NCBI RefSeq assembly: GCF_006345805.1 | Contig: NC_043000.1 | Span: 32,426,001 to 32,490,000 of the forward strand | From: Octopus sinensis | Lineage: Eukaryota | Reading direction: 5' to 3' | Length of the DNA: 64,000 nucleotides | Part shown: positions 24,820 to 37,735 of the stretch, one piece after another | Layout: each line of letters opens with the position of its first letter | How positions within the stretch are numbered: the first letter of the stretch is position 1 | Made by a program: the position numbers and the translations under genes | Notes under the pieces: generated by a model | What the model saw: only the letters and a program-made list of their open reading frames with translations | Told to the model about the DNA's origin: nothing | The model's database searches: none

Positions 24820-26480
24820 ATGTATAACAAAGGATGGATAATTGTTGGCTTGTTACAGCTGTTTCTTATGTAACTTTTAATAGAAGAATGAGAACATTAT
24901 AAAAGACCGTAATCATCAGATGAGAAATAATTTTACAAAATAAAAAATATCCAAGAATACAGCAAGAATATGTCTGTTGAGGCCAGCTATGAATGGGAGA
25001 ATGAGCAACTATGTAGGCAGTTTAGGTTAAGAATGTAGTTGTTTAAAGTGTGTCATTTGATATCTAAGGTCAGTGACCTGGTTGAGAAGGAGTTTGCTAG
25101 ACTAGATCAGGGGTAGACTGGAGTGGGTTGTAGGAGCAAATTTATTATGGTAAGCTATGGGTTGTGTTAAGTAAGGAGGGGTCATAAAAACAATTAAGGA
25201 TAAAGGAAAAATGAGAAGATAAATAAATCAAATGTAAAGGTGAAAGAAAAATAAAAAATAAAAATAAAGGCATATGAGCTGATCAGATATAGAGTTGGGG
25301 TTGGGAGTCTCTTGCTAATGGTATATGACCAGGGGAGGGGGATACAGGAACAGAAATTTAGGGGTATTTAGTGGATACTGGTTGAAATTGGGAGTGAATG
25401 TGGGGAAGAGTACAGAGGCTATCAAATAATAAGATCAAACTTATGGAATTAAAGTTTTGGTAAAGTAGAGTGTTAGCTATCAATAAGGAGTTTAAAAAAT
25501 TAAAATTAAAAAATTAAAACTTCAAAGCATGATGGGGTTATATAATGAAATACACCTAGTACGGGGTTAGTGTAAATTGCAGATCAGAATCAGGAAGGCC
25601 AGCAACAGGGAATAGTCTAATGATTAGCTATGGAATGTTAAACAGGTGGCGATGATATCAAAATTGGATGGTGTAATCATCTTTGTGTAAATCAGTTGAA
25701 GCAACTGAAGACAATAGTTGTGGGTAAGAGGTTTGGATAGTATGTTCTATCTATTATATAGCAAGGGCTGCTCAAAAAACTGTATGTTGGTGTAAGGAGT
25801 AGATAAGTAGCAGAAATGGAAACGAATTGTCTAGGGTGTGCAGGCTGCTACTAAAAGTTAAGTATTACTGTCATTGCTATTGCATAATACCGGGTACATC
25901 ACAGACAGAATAATTAGTTCCTTCAATATAGCACACTAAGCAAGTATAGTAAGAGTGGAGAAGATATGGAAAGGGAAAATGAGACTAGGAAGGCTCAGAA
26001 ACGAATGGGTAGATTGATAGGTTAAGGGTCAGTGAAAGAAGGAGTAAATTGGATTGAACCGAGGTTGGGAGCTTTTACAGAGATTGTTTAATGTCCTTAA
26101 ATTATTTGAACTTGCTGTATAGCCTTGTGTATACATGAAAGATGAAGGTCTAATTTATTATTTAGTAGATTTTCACTATTAGATCTTAAAATTTCAAATG
26201 GCTCCATGCATCAAAGTCGGAATCTGTATCTACTGTTTAAGTATGGTTTAGTGATCCTAATGATGTCCCAACTTAAATCAAATTTAACATTGTTGTCTTT
26301 GAGCTCCCGAATCTTCATGGCTAGAGACATCCTGCCAGCCCTGTGTCTTAATTTAAAAGAAGAATAGTGGTTATGTAAATGCCCCTTGAGATTTAAGGAG
26401 TAACCGATATCGGTATAAACCACATTTTCTGCTAAAGCGGGCAAGGTGCTTTGCCTTAACAAATACACCCAATATTTTCT
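24820..26480 (-). mobile_element. Penelope-like element 3' remnant (GIY-YIG, 3' region, hammerhead)
   Basis: ORF 26211-26468 (HLHNHYSSFKL...KIRELKDNNVKFDLSWDIIRITKPY) continues with RL*CMEPFEIL..LLNNKLDLHLSCIH, resembling the Penelope endonuclease C-terminus; long pyrimidine-rich 3' region; hammerhead near the end. Confidence 0.75.
24849..24924 (-). ncRNA. Degenerate type I hammerhead
   Basis: CTCAT-CTGATGA-helix II (47 nt)-GAAA-CAGCTG-TA-ACAAG; palindrome ACAGCTGT; helix I has two mismatches. Confidence 0.7.
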
Positions 26481-27480
26481 AATACTTGAAATTTATTGTT
26501 ATTGGTATGTGATCTAACATTATTATTGTAAATTGATATATGAATATATAGTTTCACAGTTAAGTGGAATATCACAAATTTACCTTGAACTATATATTAT
26601 GTTCCCCTAATGTCTAATAATTTCACTCCCATCTCCCTCTTTCTTCAACCGTACTCCCACTCTTAAATATTCGCTTCCTTTTCTTCTTCTGACAATTTTA
26701 ATTCTTAAAATTTTTCTTTTCCTTTTTTTCTTTCTCTATTCTGTTTAAATGTATATACTTGGGTGGTACAACAATATATTTATTTATTTTCAAGCGTGAT
26801 TGTTACCAGCGTCGCCTTACTGGCACTCGAGCCCCGTGCTAGTAGGATATTAAGAGCACCATCCGAGCGTGATCGTTGCCAGAGCGGCTATCTGGCCTCC
26901 GTGCCGGTGGCACGTAAAAGACACCATTCAAACATGATCGTTACCAGCATCACCTTACTGGCACCTGTGCCAGTGGCATGTGTAAAAAGATTCGAGTGAG
27001 GTCGTTGCCAGTACCGCCTGACTGGCCCCATGCCGGTGGCATGTAAAAGCACCCACTACACTCTCGGAGTGGTTGGCGTTAGGAAGGGCATCCAGCTGAA
27101 GAAACTCTGCCAGATCAAGATTGAAGCCTAGTGCAGTATACTGGTTCGCCAGCCTTCAGTCATTCGTCCAACCCATACTAGCATGGAAAGCGGATGTTAA
27201 ACGATGATGATGATGACATAGTAAATGACCCCAGCTTAATGTTCACAAGCTTCCTCTTGTCAGCTTCAATCTAACCAAACTTCCACCCCCCTCTTCTTTT
27301 CTTTATTCTTAACAACTTTAGACAGAAGCCTACTCCCATATTTTCTTTCTTTATATGTATGTTTTTCTATTTGGTTTTATCACTGTTTTTTCTAGCTTCA
27401 CCACTCATTTAAATCCCATCCCCTGCAAGTCAATTCGGGACCCTTCACAACAATGTTAACTCCATTTTAACTAAGGTAGC

Positions 27481-27571
27481 TTTGGCCTGATGAGTGTAGC
27501 TAGTGGAGTCCCCTACATAGCGTAATTACTATTTCCGAGCTTCTTCTAACTAGGAAACATATGTAGCTTGG
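27481..27571 (+). ncRNA. Degenerate hammerhead candidate
   Basis: TTTGGC-CTGATGA-60 nt-GAAA-CATATG-TA-GCTTGG; palindrome ACATATGT; helix II does not close cleanly. Confidence 0.55.
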
Positions 27572-27771
27572 ATTTTACTTGCTCCATTCCCTCAATTTGG
27601 ATTTTTATTTGCATTCATAGCAACCTTACATACTATGAACTATAAAATAACGTTTTTTTCAGCTGGGAAAAACCTACAATGAACTGCTTGAACTTTACAA
27701 GCTTCCTACTACTAGATTATTGGATCTTAAAATTACATATCATTATATACATATATATATATATATATTAT

Positions 27772-27847
<76 letters not shown>

Positions 27848-28373
27848 ATATACACATATATACATACATACACATGATAGTAACTAGATGCAACAGTTTG
27901 GTAAGAAGTTTGCTTTTCAACCACATAGTCTCAGTTCAATCCCATTACGTGGTACACTGGGCAAGAGTCTTCTACTATGACCCCTGGACGACCAAAGCCT
28001 TGCGAGTAGATTTTGTGGATAGAAACTGAAAGAAGCATGTCATATATTTAAATATGCATGTATATTTGTGTGTGTATATTTGTGTGTCACCCTGTCTTGA
28101 ATGCTGTAAGCAAGTGTCACTGTCATATAAGCAGTATTGTTCATTCTAAATATTCTATGTAAACATATCTGGTCATGGGGAAATATTACTTTGCCTGGAA
28201 ACAGATGAGGGAAAATCTGATTCAAATAACACTATCTGGTATGATGATAACTTTAATAAACACAAGGCACACCTAGCCAATCCACAGTTGATATGAAAAT
28301 GCAATGTCAGCAAAATAACATATTTTTTTAGTAAATATTGAATAAAGAGATAACAACAATATAATTAACTTAC

Positions 28374-29168
28374 TTAGTCCACAATGTCCCAATGAATCTT
28401 CACTTGCTAATAAAATCTCTGGACAATCAACAATTTCTTCCACAGACACTTCTGGAACATCTCCAGCATTACACAAGCTTAACTCAAGTATTGGAACCAC
28501 TTCTTTATCACTTTCAGCTGAGTCAACCCTTTCTTTATTGTCGATGTTGTTGTTATTGTTACATTCATCAGCATCCAGACGCTGATGAAAAGTTTCGATT
28601 CCACGTTTTTTACCAAAAATAGTTGTGTAGCAATGGTCAAGATAGGGCTGTGTCCTGTTTAATAGATCCACAATAAAAAGTTCATTTTCTTCAATTCTTT
28701 TTGCAGCATCTTTGGGAAGTGGATCCTCATCTATATGGGGAAATGAAGTTCTGTTGTTCTCCTCTTCAGCTGGGACATCCATCTTGTTTGGAGACTTCAA
28801 AAGTGGGGTAACAGCATTTGGTTTGTTGCACTTGGGTGGATTTTTATTCTTTAATTGTTTCCTAGGATACGATTGTTTCTGGGTGGTAGTTCTTTGAGAA
28901 CAGGAACCATTTTGGTTGGGTACAGCACTCTTTTCAGCTGAGACTTTACGTTTCTTCCAAGATCTAGTACACCTTGGTAAGATCTGTGCTTGATCAATGT
29001 CACAAATATTTGGATTCTCAACTGGAACTTTGTTCTCACAATGGGTTTCTTTGGAAGCCTTTAAACTGGTGAATGTTTTCCGCAATGGCCGTGTCCTCTG
29101 TTGATTATTTCGATTTAGAGGGCTACTATTTACACACACTGATTTTCTTTTCTTCATTTTATCCATTT
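28374..29168 (-). CDS. C2H2 zinc-finger gene exon 5 (795 nt, low complexity)
   Basis: CTATTCTAG acceptor phase 1; open frame MDKMKKRK...LGHCGL; A|GTAAGT donor phase 1. Confidence 0.9.
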
Positions 29169-29880
29169 CTAGAATAGATGATAGAGAATATGTATATATA
29201 ATGTTTGTTTTTATGTCGAATTGTAATAAAAATAATTTAACATTAAACCAAGGAATTACTGAATACTTTTGGCAGAGAACATGCTTATTTAACTATTAGA
29301 AGAAAAGAACTAACAGGCCCAAACTCCAGAGTCACTGTCACTCCTCTTCTTGTAAAAGTTGTGTGTATGTGCGTGTGTGTGTGTGCGCGCACGCATGTGC
29401 ATGATAAAACAATTTTTCTAAAACTAGCTGTGAAAATAAGGCCTCTGGGTAGTAAATTTAAATATTGGAAGTTGCATTTACTTTAATTAAAATAAGAGAT
29501 TAAAAGGATTTCAATATTTTGCAAACTACTTTTGGCTAAAATTGTTTTAATAGTTACAAATTTTAATAATATTCTAATTACCTTAATTCCTCAATTACAA
29601 GTTCTAATTAAAGAGATTTATAATGATATCTCATACAGTCTCCCTAAATATCTATATACTATTACCCTACCCTATTTGCTACAAGACCCCTACAAAGCCG
29701 AACTTGCATCTTTTTATCCAGCCCTCATTGGGTCAATGACATCAACACATACCATCACTTCCCCATCTTCATTATTACTATACATTTTTCATATGTCACC
29801 CTTACTCAATACCTAAATGTACAAAAGAAATCCCTTTCTCTGCATTAATGGTCTCAACTAATAAAAACAATATATGTTAC

Positions 29881-29949
29881 CTGATAGTCTCCGTTGTCGA
29901 ACATGGACTGGTTCAGCAGTGAAAATAAATCTATACTTCCTTTCAGTAT
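29881..29949 (-). CDS. C2H2 zinc-finger gene exon 4 (69 nt, missed by the ORF track)
   Basis: TTTTCTACTGCAG acceptor, G|GTAACA donor, phase 1-1; DTERKYRFIFTAEPVHVRQRRLS. Confidence 0.85.
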
Positions 29950-31017
29950 CTGCAGTAGAAAATGATTGAAATAAATTAAACCACACACACCGTAACTTTT
30001 TATCTGTTTAGACAAACAATGGTGTAATGAACACCTTTACTTCTGCCAATTCATAATAATCATATTATCTCTCTTACACATAACCAACAAAGTTGGTTTT
30101 ATTTCTTAAACTGACAAATGGATCATATTTAATCTGTTCCTCAGTAGTGCTTGTAAATGTGCAACTGTCCCAGTTTCAACTTTATTATCATACAACAATA
30201 AACTTCTAATAAATACATCAAATTAGTTAGTTCCCATAATACCATAGACAATATTCCATTGATGTCTTCACCTTGGAACCAATTAGGTGAATTAAGTATC
30301 AGATATACAAAGCATCTTATAGGTGCACACAAATTTTAAGTGTTTTCATTAGAAGTAAATAAATATTTTACTGCCAAAGAAAACAAACTGTTTAAGGATC
30401 CAAGACCATGGAATATTGTAATCATTTTAGAAAGTTTCATTTCTGATTGGTTAATGCAACACTTGACCATTTTCACTGAATGCCAAATAAATTCTTAATC
30501 CTTTTTTCTACATGCTCTTTATATACAGCAACAAAACAAACCTTTATCTTTGTATATTAATCGTTAGCTATTCTTTTTTTTAATTACTAAACTCTCCTTT
30601 GCAATTTCAAATTTTTCATGTAGATGCTGACTTTCAAAAACAACATCAGCCCCTATATGATCAGATTTCAGTCATTGGAATGGTAAGCTAGAGACAGTTA
30701 GTATTGGCTTGAATTTGGACATTATTTTAAATCCCATCTTTGATGATTCTTTTTGTTGGAGTAATTATCGCTTTCCCTGCTGTAGAAGAAAGAGTGGGAC
30801 TTGATAGTTGCCCAGTGGTAAAGTTATGCTCTAAACTATTGTTTGTAAGGTCTGAACTTGTGGTCATGTTGTTAGTAGCCCACTACAAAACAAAACAGAA
30901 AACACATCTAAACATACATGTTGGTACACATAGACACACATGTGTACAAACTAACACAGCAATAGAACAGACTCAAGATATACACATACAGATAGACACA
31001 AATATAATACAGCATAC

Positions 31018-31273
31018 CATTAGCTTCGTCCAAAAGTTGTTGAATATGATCAGCCAAATGTTGTCTAATCTGCAGCTTTGCTTTGGCCTCATTACCGAAA
31101 CTGGTAAACTTCTCACAGCACTTGTCTGGTATTAAGAAACATTGGTAAGTAAAGTTCCTTGTCATTTCATTGCATGTCATCTCAGAGAAGAAATTAAGCA
31201 AAGATTTTTCAGACAACATTTGGATCTGCTCAAGGTTTAATATATCAAGGCACTGGATGCTGCGTTTTGACAT
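31018..31273 (-). CDS. C2H2 zinc-finger gene exon 3
   Basis: CTACTTTTAG acceptor phase 0; MSKRSIQ...HLADHIQQLLDEAN; G|GTATGC donor phase 1. Confidence 0.9.
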
Positions 31274-32851
31274 CTAAAAGTAGGACATAAATAAAAAAAG
31301 TAAAACAAAACATGTTCTAACCGAAAAATACCAAATTTGCTTGGATACCGAGTTTAAAGTTTGGAACTGTCAATGGTACAAAGAAGAGTTATTAGCAGTA
31401 AAACAAACATATAAACCAATGTATTAGCAACGTTGAAAAATTAAATACAGATAGCATATAAAGCCTGTGTATGTTACAGGAACTAGATACAAGGCACAGA
31501 AGTGAAGTTGTGCCTTCAATGACACTAACAGTGGAGACTGTTGCAACAATTTATAAACATGGACCAACACTTTAATGGACACAATACAGAAGGTATATGT
31601 CACTAAGTATGTCAAGATACCAGATGGAATGTGGTTACAAATCTCAGAAGCTAGGATTCAAGAACCAATTTCTCTTTGAAGTTTAATACTGAAAATGTTT
31701 TTTAACTGATAATATAAGACACTGAAAAATTACTGGATGTTGCATTTGTTCATACAGATCAATGGTCTAAACTTTGTCAAAGGTATTGTATTCTGCAGGA
31801 AAGTATTATATAGATTTCAATTGAGGAGGAGAAGGAGGTGGGTAGCAGCAGCAGTAGTAGTTAGAATACACAATTCCAAATGTTGTAGCAAGTATAGGCT
31901 ATGTGGGTATGTTCACTTTGTAACTCTGTGGATTTGGGTTCAATTCCACAGCATGGCACTTTGGGCAAGTGTCTTCTAATATTGCCTTGGATTGACTGTT
32001 TTCTAAGTGAAATTTGGTAGATGAAAATTGTGTGGACTACTGCATTAGCAAAATAAACTGATAAATAGACATCAAACAAAAATACTTTGGGGTTTTTCTT
32101 CAGCAGGATTTGCACAAACACTCCACTTTCAGGCTCACCAGTGAAAATATAGTCAGAAACTGATTGATCCATTGGAAGCCTTTACTTTGATTTACAAAAT
32201 CATCATCATCATCATTATCATTGTTTAACGTCTGCTTTCCATGCTAGCATGGGTTGGACGATTTTGACTGAGGGCTGGCGAACCAGATGGCTGCACCAGG
32301 CTCCAATCTTGATTTGGCAGAGTTTCTACAGCTGGATGCCCTTCCTAACACCAACCACTCCGAGAGTGTAGTGGGTGCTTTTTACGTGCCACCGGTACGG
32401 GGGCCAGTCAGGCTGTACTGGCAACGACCTCGCTTGAATCTTTTTACAAATGCCACCAGCACCGGTGCCAGTAAGGCGACGTTGGTAACGATCACGCACG
32501 AATGGTGCCCTTTTACGTACCACTGGCACAGAAGCCAGTTGGCTGCTCTGTCAACGATCACGCTTGGATGGTGCTCTTGGCACCCTACTAGCACGGGCAC
32601 AAGTGCACAAGTGCCAGTAAGGCAACGCTGGGAACGATCACACTCGAATGGTGCCTTCAAAGTAAAAAAATATAAAATATATTTCAGACCCTTAGGGAAA
32701 TATCTTGATGTATTGAAATATCCCTATCTTTGAGGTGCTGGATGACACTCATGTTATAAAAAAAAACCAGAAATCTCACCAGAATACATATACAAAAGAC
32801 ACCCAAACTATGCAGCAAATATAAAATACATGAAAATAAATTAATAAAAAC

Positions 32852-33009
32852 CTTTTTAGTTGCAATTTTTGATTGAAGCTTTTCACTATTCTGCAAAGTA
32901 TCTGCAGCAACTTGAGCTAAAACATCTAAAGACATGTATGTTGTCTGTTCAATAACTGATCCATTCATCCTTTCATCTATTCTTTCAGTATTACATGGTT
33001 CATAGATTC
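32852..33009 (-). CDS. C2H2 zinc-finger gene exon 2
   Basis: TTTTTCATTCCAG acceptor phase 1; GIYEP...MSLDVLAQVAADTL...ATKK; weak AAG|GTTTTT donor phase 0. Confidence 0.8.
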
Positions 33010-34249
33010 CTGGAATGAAAAATAAACATTAGTAATTTATGAAATAGCATTTATCCTATCAAATGTAATTTATTCAAAACACATAAATAAAAAAAAAAAT
33101 CACAAAATCAGAGTTAACTAACTGAAATTTATAAATATTCATTACATAAAAATAATTTTTGCTTGCGTGCAGGTAGTATACACAACTCCCAAATCAATAA
33201 ATGTTAATTAGCTCAGCTAGACCAATAGGGCATGGCAATATTTTGATGTAATATGGGTTACTCCAAAATAGGGTTTAAGTAAACAACATCTGAATAAAAC
33301 TTGCAATATACTTTTAATTAAAATTTCTTGTTAACATGCCTGTGTCAATCATCATCATCTAATGTCCACTTTCCATGCTAGCATGGGTTGGACAGTTTGA
33401 CCCAGTTGTGTGATTAAGCGGTTTGCTTCACAACCATATGGTTTGGGGTTCAGCCCTTCTGCATGGCACCTTGGGAAAGTATCTTTTATAGTTCCAAGCA
33501 AGAACAAAGCCTTGTGAGTGGATTTGGTAGACAGAATCTGTAAAGCAGCCCATTAAGTGTGCTTGGATGTGCGGGCCCACAGTAGGCAGGCTTTTCTCCC
33601 ATGCATTCTCTACATTTAACAACCTTTCATGGTGACAGGTGTGACTGTGTGGTAAGAAGTTTGCTTCCTAACCACATGATTCCAATTTCAGTCCCAATGC
33701 ATGGCACCTTGGGTGAGTGTCTTCTACCAAAGCCTAGTGAGTGGACTTGGTAGACAGAGACTGAAAGAGATATATGCATGGGGGTACTTGTCCCCGACCA
33801 CCACTTGGCAACCAGTGTTGGTGCATCTAAATCTCTGTAACTTAGCAGTTCAGCAAAAGAGATCAACAGTATAAGCACAAGGCTAATAACAAAAAAAATA
33901 AGTCCTGGGGTCAATTCATTTGACTAAAATTGTTGAAGGCAATGCCCCAGTATGGACGCAGTCTAATGACTGAAACATAATATATATATGTATATATATA
34001 TATATATATATAAGAAAACTTCTTTGCTGTCACTCTGTTTACTTTTTTTCAAAGATGACAGCAAAAAAGTTTTCTATTATATAAGTTGGCAATTGTTGAT
34101 CGTGAAACCAGTACTTATTTAATTTGTAATGATATAATATGTTCCTAACATCACCATAAATTTTTTTATACAAGCTTTCTGTGACTTTTACATTTCTTTT
34201 CTTTCTTATATACCTATCCCATGTGTATACAGAACTTTTTATTCTTCAC

Positions 34250-36720
34250 TCATCATCATCATTGTTTAACGTCCGCTTTCTATGCTAGCATGGGTTGGAT
34301 GATTTGACTGAGGACTGGCGAACCAGATGGCTGAACCAAGCTCCAATCTGATCTGGCAGAGTTTCTACAGCTGGATGCCCTTCCTAATACAAACCACTCC
34401 AAGAATGTAGTAGGTGCTTCTACATGCCACTGGCACGAGGGCCAATCAGGCAGTACTGGCAACGGTCATGCTCAAATGGTGGTTTTTTACATGCCACCGG
34501 CACAGGAGCCAGTCAAGAGGCACTGGCAACAACCTCGCTCAAATATTTTTTCATGTGCCAGTAAGGCGACGGTAGTAACAATCACACGCGAATGGTGCTT
34601 TTTACATGCCACCAGTATGGAAGCCAGGCAGCTGCTCTGGCAATTATCACGTTTGGATGGTGCTCTTAGCGCTGCACTAGCACAGATGCCAGTCATCAAA
34701 TTTGATTTCGATCTCCCTTGCCTCAACAGGTCTTCGCAAGCAGAGTTTAGTGTTCAATGAAGGAAAGGTATGCATAAGTGGGCTCACTTGGCTTGCTGGA
34801 TCTTAACAAGCACAGCATATTTCCAAAAGTCTCGGTCACCAGTCATTACCTCGGTGAGGACTAATGTTTGAAGGTTGTGCATACTGGCTTCATTCCTTGC
34901 AATCTTACGCACGTCCTCAGCAGTCACAGAGCACGTTTCACTGCTATGTAGCATGGCTGTTCATAAACATGCATCATACAGTCTACCTTTTACTCTGAGC
35001 GAGAGGCCCTTTGTCACCAGCAGAGGTAAGAGCTCTCTGAACTTTGCCCAGGCTATTCTTATTCTAGCAGCTACACTTTCAGCACACCCTCCCCCACTAC
35101 TGACTTGGTCACCTAGGTAATGGAAGCTATCAACTACTTCTAGTTTTTCTCCCTGGAATGTGGCAGAAGTTGTTCTCTGCACATTTTCAGTGTTTATTGC
35201 TCCTGAGCATCAGCCACAGACAAAAACTATCTTCCCAGTTAGCCTTCCTTTGATATTGCTGCACCTCTTATGTGTCCATAGCTTACACTGGGTACATCTT
35301 CTAGAGTTTCTACCTATGCCTTTTCTACAGATCGAGCAGGGCCATCTACCTGAAGGCATTTGTGATTTGTCTACCTTTCTACTTATTAGGACTTTGGTTT
35401 TAGCTAGGTTGACTCTAAGGCTCTTTGATTCTAATCTTTGTTTCCATACTTGAAACGTCTCTAGTTCTGATAGTGACTCAGCAATTATAGCAAGGTCTTC
35501 AGCATAGAGGAGCTCCCAGGGGCATCCTGTCTTGAATTCCTCTGTTATTTCCTGGGGGACTATGATAAATAGGAGGGGTCTGAGGACTGAAACTTGGCGG
35601 ACTCCTACCTCTATCCGGAATTCTTCACTGTACTCGTTGCCAACCCTCACCTTACTGACAACGTCCCAGTACATGGCTTGCACAGCCCTCACTAACCATT
35701 CATCTATCCCTAGTTTCCTCATTGACTACCAGATAAGGGATCGGGGGACCCTGTCAAAGGCTTTCTCCATGTCAACGAAAGCCAGGTACAGAGGTCTGTC
35801 TTTGACCAGGCATTTCTCCTGCAGCTGTCTTACCAGAAATATAGCACCAGTGGTGCTTTTCCTTGGCATGAACCCAAACTGCATCTCATCTAAACTGACT
35901 CTCTCCTTAATTAGTTGGGCTATGACCCTCACAGTGACCTTCATTACCTGATCCAACAACTTGATACCTCTGTAATTATTTGTATCTAAGGCGTCACCTT
36001 TACCTTTGTAGCAGTTGACTATAGTACTGCTACACCAGTCATTGGGTATGACTCCTTCATGTATCACCTGGTTAACTATACAAATGACTAGGCTATAGCC
36101 AACACCACCAGATATTTTGAACATCTCTGCAGTGATTCCTGATAGGCCGGAGGCTTTCTCTGTCTTCATACTCTTAATTGCTTTATCTATGAAGGTACTA
36201 TCAATTCGGATAGCTGGTCCCTCTGCTGGGTCAACATTTGGCAGACTCTCTTTCTCCCATTCAATTTCTTTATTCAGCAACCTTTCATAGAGGCGTCTCC
36301 AAATCTCTCACTTTGCAGCCTCGTTTAGTGCAAGTGAACCATCATCCATGCGGGCACATTTCTCTCCTACGACATCACGATTCTCTCTCACACACTGCCT
36401 TGCAACACGAAATACCTCAAGTCTTTGGTCCTCATGGTGCAGAACATTGGCAAATTTATTCTTATCTGCTTCTCCTCTGGCTAAATAAACCCGTCTCCTA
36501 GCCTCCCTTCTGGCAGTCTGATACAATTCCCTGCTATCGCCGTTCTTCCAGTCCTTCCAAGTCTGTTTCTTTTCTCTAATAGCCCTGTCAACAACATTGT
36601 TGCACGACTACATTATTTTGGGTGGAGAGGGGACTTTGCACTATCCACAGATCTGGCCAGTGGCCCTCAGCAGGTTGTCCTGTAGAAACCTCCAGTTGTC
36701 TTCCACATCATGCAAAGCTA
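34250..36720 (-). mobile_element. RTE-clade LINE, 5'-truncated, with RT and repeat-bearing 3' UTR
   Basis: YRGIKLLDQVMK, QFGFMP, FVDMEKAFDRVPR, ELLYAEDL, HYLGDQV; 3' UTR array and (GAT)n tail at 34250. Confidence 0.92.
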
Positions 36721-36789
36721 TATTCCGTTCTATTTCATCAAAGGCTTCGAATAATACATATATATATGTATGTACATATATATATATGT

Positions 36790-37735
36790 TGGACATAAGA
36801 AGCATTGGATGCGGTGTGCAGGAGAGACGTTTGTGTTGGATGGCCATGTACTACGGATGGATGAGGAGAGATGTGTGAAGAAGTGCAGCTCCCAAACTGT
36901 TGAAGAAATCCGGGGTATCAGTAGACCCAGGAAGACATGGGATGAGGTGGTCAAGCATGACCTTCGTACGTTGGGCCTCACAGAGGCTATGATGAAAGAC
37001 CGAGACCTCTGGAGATATGCTGTGACTTCGAAGACCCGACAAATGAAGTGAGTTTATGGCTCACAGACGGCCTGCTACTAACCTTGGTTCGTAGGGCGAC
37101 CTGCTGTGTTTGAGGAGACCTATTGAGTCCAGTACATTAACATCAAAATAAAAATCAAATAGATATTGTAGTTGTGATACCCATGCCGGTGGCACGTTGG
37201 GCCTCACAGAGGCAATGACGAAAGACTGACAACTCTGAGATATGATGTGACTAGGAAGACCCAACAAATGATGTGAGTTCATGGCTCACAGGACAGCCTG
37301 CTGTGCTAACCTTGGATCGTAGAGTGACCTGCTGTTCTTGAGGAGACTTATTGAGTCAACTACATCAACACCAACATCAAAATAAAAATCAAATGGAAAT
37401 TGTAGATAAGATACCTGTGACGCTGGCATGTAAAAACACCTTCCGAACATGGTCAATGCCAGCGCTGTCTGACTGGCGTCTCTGTCGGTGACACGTAAAA
37501 AGCACCAACCAATCGTGGCCGTTTGCCAGCCTCCTCTGGCCCCTGTGCCAGTGGTACATAAAAAGCACCCACTACGCTCACAGAGTGGTTGGCGTTAGGA
37601 AGGGCATCAAGCTGTAGAAACACTGCCAGATCAGACTGGGGCCTAGCGCAGTCTCCTGGCTTTCCAGCCCACAGTCGAACCATCCAACCCAAGCTAGCAT
37701 GGAAAACGGACATCAAACGATGATGATGATGACAC
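36790..37735 (+). mobile_element. RTE LINE 3' end with duplicated ORF terminus and 3' UTR
   Basis: RPRKTWDEVVKHDLRTLGLTEAMMKDRDLWRYAV*, partly repeated at 37195-37270; (GAT)n tail. Confidence 0.85.

Noticed and set aside
26790-27000. Regularly spaced repeats resembling a CRISPR array (also 32400-32650, 49000-49330, 61850-62170)
   Set aside because: The spacers are homologous to each other, it is the RTE 3' UTR tandem array in a eukaryote, and there are no cas genes.
30730-30882. Good-looking TTTTGTAG acceptor with a Ser/Thr-rich frame
   Set aside because: The required phase 1 gives an immediate stop; the phase-0 frame ends in a stop with no donor.
31861-32172. ORF MDQSVSDYIFTGEPESG as an extra exon
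   Set aside because: In-frame stop just upstream, no polypyrimidine acceptor, and the phase does not fit; exon 2 joins exon 3 directly.
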